From the NCBI RefSeq assembly GCF_009914755.1, contig NC_060928.1: a DNA stretch of 64,000 bases. The stretch is one strand, 5' to 3'. The number at the start of each line of letters is the position of its first letter. The stretch's first letter is position 1. The notes under the pieces were generated by a model. It worked only from the letters and a program-made list of their open reading frames with translations. It was not told where the DNA came from and made no database searches. Shown in pieces: positions 55,122-64,000 of the stretch. Both the position numbers and the translations under genes were made by a program. The stretch comes from the human T2T-CHM13v2.0 reference genome, Homo sapiens.

Positions 55122-55540
55122 TGTTAAAAAAAAGAAAAAAAAAAGAAAAACCTTAGCCAAATTAAATGTAACGGAGTTTAATTAAGCAAAGAATGATTTG
55201 TGAATCAGGTAGCCTCTTGAGCCAGAGTAGGCTCAGAGAGATGCCAGTGCAGCCACATGATGGAAAGATATTTATAGACAGAAAAAAAGCAAGTGATGTA
55301 GAGAAAATGAAAGTGAGGTACAGAAATAGCCAAATTGGTTACAACTCTGTGTTTAACATATGTGAATGTGTTTTGAACAGTTGACTTCCTTTGATTGGCC
55401 GAAACTTGGTGATTGGCACAAGAGTAGGTTATAGTCTGTTTACATCTCCTTTTAGGTTATAGTTTACTATGTACAAAGAAACATATAGGCTGAACTTAAA
55501 ATATTTAAGGGGGCAGCTTTAGGCTAAACTTTATTTAGTA
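55122..55540 (-). mobile_element. MER57-family ERV1 solo LTR
   Basis: AAATTAAATGTAACGGAGTTTAATTAAGCAAAGAATGATT, two ATTGG boxes, and GGCAGCTTTAGGCTAAACT end. Confidence 0.85.
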
Positions 55541-58324
55541 GCTGTCAGAGGAAGCTTTGTAACTCCAGTCTGCTGAGGCACTCTTATGTAACAAATTTAA
55601 TCACAGGAATGACAGCCATTCTTTTTGCTGTAGTCCACTGATGATAAGTAAGTTATAGGTTCCACTCACATCCAAGGGGAGGGGACATACAAGGGCATGA
55701 CTTGTTAGAGGTCATCTTCAAGTGCATCTGCTATATGTGGCCTCACTGAGCAGCCAGTTCTTTCCCTACTGGCTAGTTTCCATGGGAATCCAAATGATAT
55801 TCAGATTGTTATTTGGTGAATGATAATAACATCTCAGCAATGAGAGACAGATGATGCCAGTCATGAGTACCTAATTGTCAAATGCTTTATCCAGATGTCT
55901 TTTCTTCCAGACCAGACATTTCTGTCTAACTCTTATTTTGTGTCATTGGATTAAAATCCCAATTCCGCTAATAAGGAGATTTGTAATCTTAGCCCAGTGT
56001 CTTAAGTTTTTAAATCTTCTGCCTCCTATAAAATGGGAATCATATCACCCACCTCACTGAATTATTGAGTGATTGTGCTAAATGCCCAGCACCTGATAGT
56101 TACTTTATCAATGTCACTTCTCCCTCTCATCTATTTCTTGCTTTTGTGCTAAGTATCATTTCTCTGTTGCCTCTTTTGTAATTCAAAAACAGAACTTTTC
56201 ACTTTGTGAAGCTCAAATTTTAAAGGGATAATCACATTCCTGTCATGTTTCTCCAAGTCTCTATTTGAGACTTCCTAAATCTCCTGGGAAACTTAGCTGT
56301 TAATACCTAGTTACTTTTATGGATGGCCTCATCTATTGCACTTTCCCTGTTTTAAACCTCAGAGGGTGACCTGAACATTTGGAAGGGTGACATAACTGTG
56401 GCCCCTTTGTGCAGGGGAAGTTAGTTTGTTTTCTGTGTGTCTCTGTGCACAATGTACTTTGCAAATATCTGCTCTTGTCCATACTCTTCACACATTCATG
56501 AAAAGGTATACTTAAACAAAGGTACTTGTTCTCTGCTTCTTCATCTTGGCAGGCTTTAATGGTTCTATGCATGTGTTCTTCTGCACTAAGCAGCTCCTCT
56601 CACTTAATATTTAGGGGCACAACACCTACTGAATTACTCTGAGACTGGTCCAGATATTTGGGGTATGTGGAAGTCAGGAAAACTTCTCTGCATTTTCTTT
56701 TTCTTAGGGAATGACTTACGTCTGAGTAGATGATACAATTTCAGAGGATCTGAGGTTAACACATAATTGTGTGTGAAGTGCTTTTGGTTCATTCCTGATT
56801 AATTTTTATTAGGGCAGACCTAAGCAAGAGGCCTGTGCAGACTCTAGAAGCAGGCTTAGGGCCATTTGGGGATATAATTTCAGGTTCCTAGAATCCAGAA
56901 TATGGTCTAGAAGGGATTGTGCAGACAGGACACCTGCCATGCCCAAGAAAGTAACACTGATTTCTCACTTTGTTAAGGTCATTTACTTGCAATGTTTACC
57001 TTCCTGATATTTTCTCCTCTTGAGAGGTTTATAGCTGATCCAAGGCAAAAGCCCAGGCAACTTCTCCAGGATTACTCTCTTGAATGATATACTGGTAAAC
57101 TCATCTTCCGGTCTGACCCAAAGCCTCTGAGTAAAGGTGGTAGCGGCGGGGTTTCCTCTAACCCTACTTCCTTTGGGTTGAGGATCTGCTTTTCTGGAAC
57201 TCCATTCCCAGCAGGTTGTGTGGACATTGTTCTTCCCCTCTTAGGTTGGGCATCATACTTCTTGTGCTTGCAACTTCTCACTGTAACCTTCAGACCCCAA
57301 TTCAATGATTGTTCAACTGTTCTATTCTCTGTCTCTGTATTAAATGGATATACTCCTGAAGCTGGTATAATTTACACAGAGCTTGAAACAGCATGATATA
57401 ACATTCATTCTCCTTGATAATTGTTCTAGGGAGCTACACTTCCCAACTCAAAAAGACTCCATTTTTTTAGCACTCTGAGTCCTAATTTTTCTATTTAAAA
57501 CAAAAACAAAAGTTTATATTTCTAAACCATCTTATATATTCTCTGCTGCCTCCCCAATCCTTTCCTGAATTGTGAAACCATTTTCTCTTCCAAATTCTGT
57601 TTTTATCTCAATAATGATTAAAATGACTTTTCCATGGTACATTCATCTAGTCATGTCCTTCCTAATGGTTAGAAATGACCACATAATCTATGTCTAGGAT
57701 GTTCATTTTAGGTTCTGTTAGATAAGTCAAATCTGCAATAATGAACCTGAAATGGGAATATATATCCTATGTATTCATCAATTCCCAATTCAGTAAGGTC
57801 TTTCTTCTCTAAGATCTCATGCTTTTTCCTAGCTCTGAACTCTTAGACATGCTTCTTCTTCCTCCTAAATATCCTCTTTCTGACCTCACCCTCTCTCCTC
57901 CCCTTTTTTAACTCCTTGCATTATTAGTCTCAGTCTAGATTATATTATATCACTTCTGCTACCAGCCCCAGGAGTGAATCCAGTACTCTTCCCACCCCTA
58001 CCATGTATTTCAGTGTTTCTGTACTTAGTGCAATAGAAGGACTGATATCCCTGCTCTGTGAGTTTCTGGCCTCTTGCCTTGTTTCCGCAGAGTGTAAACT
58101 CCCTGAAGGCAGAAACTGAAGCTTATTTACTGTGTTGCCTCCAAGCTCTCAAGGGACTTTTACTGAGTGATTGAATCCATCCCTATCATGTAGATGAGAA
58201 CACTGAGAATAAGAACATTTAAGTGAGCTTCCCATCAGCACATTGTTGTAAAAAGTTAAGACAGCATATGAATCTATATTTAATGGCTCTAGAGCTGGAT
58301 TTCCTACTGCAACATGCTATCCAT

Positions 58325-58860
58325 GTTTGTTTATTTATTGCCATATAATAATCACAAAATTTAGTGGCTTAAAGCAACCATTTATTTTGCTCACAATTTT
58401 GTGGGTCAGGTTATTGGTAAGGACTAGCCTGAACAACTTGTCTCTGGTCTACACGGCACCAGCTGGGAGAGTTAAGGCTGGAGGGTCCACTTCCACAGTG
58501 GCATCTTTACTTCCATGCCTGGTGCCTTGGTGGTCCTTGTTGCCTCCCTCTCTCCCTTCACATGTCACTTCTCTTCCAAGGTTTCCCCACATGACTTAGG
58601 CTTATCTACATGGCAGTGTCTCTTCTTCTATTGCAGCTCGCTTTCAAGAGTACCAAATAAGTTAAAGGCTGTGCTCAGACCTTGCACAGTGTCACTTCTG
58701 CTATATTTTGTTAATCGAAACAATTATAGAGACCATCCAGATCTGAGGGGTTGGAGAATGGACTGCAACTTCTGATGGGAATGAGGCAAAGTTATATTAC
58801 AGAAGAATATTTGAAATGAGAAATACCGTTGCTTCCAATTTGAAAACTATAATCTCCCAT
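58325..58860 (-). mobile_element. MaLR LTR (MLT1F/G-like)
   Basis: CAAAATTTAGTGGCTTAAAGCAACCATTTATTTTGCTCACAATTTTGTGGGTCAGG; CAGTGTCACTTCTGCTATATT. Confidence 0.8.
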
Positions 58861-59014
58861 AATCATGTAGGAACAGAGGAGTATATGAAAACAATTCACT
58901 TATACATTTTCGTCACACATCTACTCTAATGCATACTTTACACAAATGACTAAGTAACACCATCTGCTTGTAAGATGCTGACTTTCTAGCAGAAGAGGCA
59001 AGAAAAATGATTTA

Positions 59015-59580
59015 TTGGTTAGTTTGTGCTGTGTAACAAAGTATTTCAAAACTTGATGGCTTAAAAACAACTGTTCCTTTGGCTCATAATTCTGTGTATT
59101 AGCGGTTTAGGCTGGGCTTTGCTGGGATGTTCTTCTGGTTTCAACTATACTCACCTATGAGTCAAGGGTCAGCTTTGGTGAGGTGGGTGGTTTTGCTGAT
59201 CCTGGTTAGGCTCTTTCATTTGTTTTGGTACTGACTACCTGAAGATTAGTCTAGAATAACCTTGGTTGGGAAATCTGGTCTGTCCTCCATGTGAACTCTT
59301 ATTCACCAGGAAGACAGCCTTAGCTTGTCTTAGTAGCAGATATGGAAGTCTAAGAGAGTAAGAGAAGTTGTGCATGCCTGCTGGGGCATAGGCTTGGAAT
59401 TGGGGCAAAGTCACTTCTGCTGCATTCTATTGAGCAAAGCAAGGTATAAGACCAGCCTAGATTTAAGAGGTTGGGAAATAGACTCTATGCTTTGATAGGA
59501 GAAGGTACAAAGTCTTGCTGCCAAGTACAGAGATATAGAAGGACAATTATTTGTGGCCACTAATGCAATCCACCTATCAA
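59015..59580 (-). mobile_element. MaLR LTR (MLT1H-like)
   Basis: TGCTGTGTAACAAA..CAAAACTTGATGGCTTAAAAACAAC; GTCACTTCTGCTGCATTCTATTG; GGGAAATAGACTCTA. Confidence 0.8.
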
Positions 59581-59999
59581 AGGTGCCAAGCAAGCAATGT
59601 CATTATAGTGTGGTAAATGTGGTGGGCTATGGGTACAGAGGAAGAATACTTTATGAACCTGGGACAGAGAGGAAGGGGAGAGGGGAGTAGCATGAAAAGA
59701 GGTCAGAGAAAGCTTCACTTAGGTGTGGATCTTGGGGATGTCTGGATTTCTGAGCCTGCCTGGAGAACAGAAGGGAATGGCTGTCTTTTACTGAAGCAGT
59801 CCTGCTTTGAAGTCTACTAAGTATTTAAAAATCTTTGTGTTATTCTTGGCAGGGTGTCAGAGGATGATCAGGCAAACTTCATGGTCACTCTGATAGCACA
59901 GCTAAGAAATCCAGGGCAAGAAGTGATCCTGGAGATCAATTCTATTCGTCTTCCTACTGTGCAGATGTGAAGACTTTCCCAGAGATAGGCCTGCCCGAA

Positions 60000-60393
60000 T
60001 TTATTAGTTTGGTAGTGCTGCCATAACAAAATTACCACAGACTGAGTGGCTTAGACAACAGAAGTGTATTTCTTCATAGTTCTAGAGATTAGAAGTCTGA
60101 AATCAAGGTGTTAGCAGAGTAGGTTTCTTCTGAGGACCCTCTTCTTGGCTTGCAGATGGCTACCTTCTCCCTGTGTCTTCACATGGTCCCCCAGCTTGTG
60201 TGTGTCTATGTCCTAATATCCTTTTCTTATAAGGTTAAGAGTCATATTTGACCAAGGCCCACACTAATGGCCTTATTTTAAGTTAATTACCTCTTTAAAT
60301 ACCCTGTCTCCAAATGCAGTCACATTCTGAGGTACTGGGCATTAGGGCTTCAACATATCAATGGGGGAGCAGGGCACAATTTAACACATAGCC
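60000..60393 (-). mobile_element. MLT1B-like MaLR solo LTR
   Basis: GCTGCCATAACAAA.TACCACAGACTGAGTGGCTTA; CTCCAAATGCAGTCACATTCTGAGGTACTGGG. Confidence 0.9.
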
Positions 60394-61061
60394 CACGGTC
60401 ACATCATGTCAGCACTGAGCCCAGAAGCTCATGCTTTCCCTGAGAAGAAGGTGCTCTCTCAGGTTTTTACTAAAAGTGCTTCCATTCAGCTTCCCAGATG
60501 ACTGTTGTTCCCAATGCAGATGCTGGTTATCTAGTTGCATCCCTTGCCTTGTATTCTGCACGTCTCCTTCCTTGGGGATGCTTCCAATAGTCAAGAAGTT
60601 AGAGGAAACCCAACAGAGCCCCGGGGTAAAGGACGGCTGGTACACAAACAGATTTGTGAGTCACTGGCACATGTGAGGGATATTATCTTTAAATTAGTTG
60701 GGGGAAATTAATATTGCTCACTTGCTATGCTCACCCTTATTGTCTGCTCCAAGAATCAGCAGGTCTGGAGCCTCTGTTGATAGTATTTTTTAATTAAAAG
60801 GAAAATAACTTCTTGTGATTAATCTGCTTCTTCGGGGACTTGATCCGGAATCTCATAAATCTAAAATAAAGGCATCTGCTCATTCACCTGCAGACTCCCT
60901 CCCCCTCAACCAGCTTAGAAGTCGGGTGGAAGAGGAAGCTGGATGGAACAACATGAGCCCTGGTCAGGGCAGACTTAAGCCAGGAGATGAAGTGCCATAT
61001 ACAGAGAAAACCTCAGTGGGATCCCAGATGGAGCACAATTCCTGGTAAGGGCATCTTCTCC

Positions 61062-61450
61062 CATATTGTTCAAGAGAGCAAGTGTTGGGACCAGAAAACT
61101 TTGGCTGTGAGTCTTGGATCTGCCACTTGTCTGAGTCTCTTGGAGAATGTCTGAGACTCAGTTTTATCCATCTGTGAAATGGGGATAGATGAATATTTAC
61201 CTCAAAAGGAGTATTTGTGTAAAAGGGAGTCTGAGCTCTGGAGCCACACTGCCTGGTTTTTAATATGGAAGACTTTATTTTCTTGACCTCAAGGTGGTTG
61301 TTTAAGTATTCTGTGCTTCTGTTTCCTCTTCTGAGAAATGGGGATGATGAAGGGGCCTGTCTCATAGGGCTGTACTGAGGACTAAAAAGCTTCAACATGT
61401 CAAGTGCTGGGGTATGGCATAGTAAACACCCAAGTAAATGTTTGCTCTCA
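61062..61450 (+). mobile_element. Two adjacent MIR SINEs
   Basis: The MIR core (CAGTTTTATCCATCTGTGAAATGGGGAT; CTCTGGAGCCACACTGCCTGG...GAAATGGGGATGATGA) occurs twice in tandem. Confidence 0.75.
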
Positions 61451-63559
61451 CAAGCCCATTCTTAGCACACATGCGCACAATGGTTTCTGTGATTGTTATA
61501 AGCAAAAGGGATCTCAATGGGGGAAATTATCCAACTTTTGTGTTTAGAGATTGAAAAGTGAAGCCTCAGAGGGATGGTTGGGCTTCCCCAAAGAACATTG
61601 AGCAAGTTATGGGCAAAACTGGGCCCAGGATGCACTTTTGAACCCAGGGCCAGAATTATGCAGTGTTGAAGCTCTTTCCTGGTTCTAATCTTCCAATAAT
61701 CTAGAAACCAGTCCACTTCTTGCAGTGCAGTTAGCCCAAGCAGCATTGCAAGAGGATCAAGAGTCATGACACACCAGCATCTCTCCAGGCCAAGCACTGG
61801 GCAGCCCTCCACATGCATTGACTTGTTTTATTTTCCCAGCAGCCCCGAATACAGCCCTGTTTATGGATAAGAACACTGAGCTCAGAGGGGTTACATAATG
61901 GACTAAATGCAGACTCTACAACACTGGAGCTGCCATCTCAGATGAGATTTAGTCTAACTCCAAAATGCTATGATTCTAGGCTGCCTCTTGGAGCAAGAGG
62001 GTCCTGTTCCCTATATTATCTACACTTTCCCTTCGCCCTCTCCTCCTTAGAGCTTTCTGTAGCCAATGTGGCCTCATCTTCACATATCCCTTTTCCAAGC
62101 CTGCTTAGGGAAAGGTTGGAAATTTATTCTTACTAAAGTGTTAATGACTGATGCACATTCCAAATGCCAATCCTTCCCCTTTCCCACCAGCCCTCCTATA
62201 CATTGATTTAACTAAGGTCTTTTTCCCCTGAACATGGGCCAAAAGGGATCTGTGAAAAGCTTCCTCCTAATGGGCCTATATGCATTCAATTCATGTTAGT
62301 GGTTGTTTCATGTGTATCATAGGTTGTAAAATACAATGTAAACTGGGCCAATTATTATCACTCTTCTGGCAGCTACGTGAGGCGGGCCAGGCAGGATCAG
62401 GGTCCCATTTGACAAACGAAAAAATGGAAACCCTGGGAGGTGAATTTAGCACCTTATTTGTCAGACATTTAATTGAGTTAATAAAATCCTGGGTGTTCCT
62501 TCCCATTCTGGTGCTGTTTTCCTGTTATATTGGGGCAACTGAGAGCTCCTTTGCTTGTCAATTTTAGGTTACTGGCAGGAAGAAAGATGGGATTAGGCTA
62601 GACCATGTTCAAAATGTTCATAATTGGTTTCTGGCTCATTTCTGACTTTCATGAAACAGAAATTCCATCAATTATATCAAAGGCCCCAAGCAACCCTCCA
62701 AACAAGTGTTGGAATCCATTGCCCATGGACTGACAATGAACCTGCCTTTTATCCCACAGAAGCCACTTGTGTCTGATATTCCTGATTAATGCCAGACACT
62801 AGACTGGGGACAGCAGGGTCATTCAAAGGAAACATCTCTCCTTTTTTTCTCCTTACACAGAGCTGTGGAATTTATAGCTGATGGAACACTTACAGAATAT
62901 CTAAGCAGACACTCATGGTGTGGATGAGGAAACAAAGGCACAGAAAGGCTAAGCAATTTCCCAAATGTGATACATGAATTATGTCTAAGCTATAAGAAAA
63001 ATCAGTGTGTAGATGACAAAGGGAGATGACCACATTGAAAGCAGATGAACCGGCCTTCCTAACAGCTACTCCTCAGTGAAATGAATAATTTCATGAAGGA
63101 AAATGTCTTTTAACACAATGACTGAAAACTGTGTGTCAGGTTTGCTATAGAGGAGTCTCACATATCTGAGCTGGGACATGTGTGCTTGTGCTGGGGAAGA
63201 GGGCAAAATTGAAATAGATGATCTTGTCCACCTTTGTCTTGTTATTTGAATTGTGCCTTATTATTAGCAAAGCAGATCAGTACAACTTCACTCTATGTTA
63301 AAGCAGATATTAAAGTTTCCATATTATATATAAAGAAACAAAAGCATAGAGAACTTAAGTAACTTTTCCATGTCGTACAGTGGTCGTTGGTGACATTTGG
63401 ATGGGAACTTTTGTTGCCTCACTCTCAGTCCTGTTCTCTGTCCTCTATGGGCCTGCCTTCTCACCTATTATATTTTGTTTGATTCTTGGAAACTATTTTG
63501 GTCTTACACAGGCACCACAGTCTATGTTCAGCTGCACTTTTTGTTCACAGTGTCTGTTG

Positions 63560-63750
63560 TATCTGTTGTGTTTGACCTTTGGGGTCAGACTCATTGGTTC
63601 ACAATTCCAAATGTTTTGTGTCATTGTGCAAGTCTTGACATCTCTGGGCCACTGTTTTCTTATCTCTAAAATGTGGAAGACCAAAGAAGTATATAAAGTA
63701 CCAGGAATAGTGCCAGACCCCCAAGTGGGCTCTCATGAAATGTTAATTCA
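63560..63750 (+). mobile_element. MIR SINE
   Basis: GGGGTCAGAC..TGGTTCACAATTCC..CTCTGGGCCACTGTTTTCTTATCTCTAAAATG. Confidence 0.7.
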
Positions 63751-64000
63751 CTTATATCCTTCATTGTTTGTCTTCATGGCCTCTTTCCAAGCTGTGTTCA
63801 GGAAGTCCCTGTAAGACACAGCCCTAGTTTGAGGGCTGCAATACAGGATGGGAGAAGGAAGAGTTAGAGAATGTAGTGAACAGATATTTGCGACTTGACT
63901 GGACATTAGTGTGGCATCAAGAAATAGAGAGTGAACTAGGATTGTTGCTTATAACTTGCTCATTCATTTATTTATCAATCAATATTGCTGAGCACCCAGT

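Larger units (their letters stand above)
51818..55735 (-). mobile_element. MLT1E-like MaLR LTR split into three pieces (51818-52143, about 52643-52701, about 55541-55735)
   Basis: CTTAAAACAACAC..ATTATCTCAGTTTCTGTGGGTCAGGAGTCCAGGCA; ATGGCTGTTTGCTTCTTCAAGGC; CCACTCACATCCAAGGGGAGGGGACATACAAGGGCATGA are collinear MLT1E segments. Confidence 0.75.

Overview
Eukaryotic, primate (human-like) genomic DNA: AT-rich, CpG-depleted, with no CpG island and no cellular protein-coding exon that I can recognise, so it is intergenic or deep intronic. Most of it is transposon remnants: five full or near-full Alus plus one Alu monomer, L1 fragments of several ages, L2 and MIR relics, and many LTRs (MaLR MLT1/MST/THE1, ERVL MLT2/LTR16/LTR40-like, ERV1 MER4/MER57/MER89-like). 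The supplied ORFs are chance ORFs or repeat-derived. The only ones with real protein homology are decayed L1 ORF2 and ERV-L pol/dUTPase pieces. I found no convincing new biological system. The most notable structures are: an ancient two-LTR ERV-L provirus (about 44.5-49.9 kb); a 33-bp minisatellite expanded inside an ERV1 LTR (about 40.0-40.6 kb); a 162-bp non-tandem local duplication next to a (CTTC)16 tract; a 120-bp templated-looking insertion containing a perfect 32-bp palindrome; a 5'-inverted (twin-primed) L1; and a four-element nested insertion cluster. Repeat subfamily names come from my memory of consensus sequences, not from a database search. Boundaries of old repeats are approximate.
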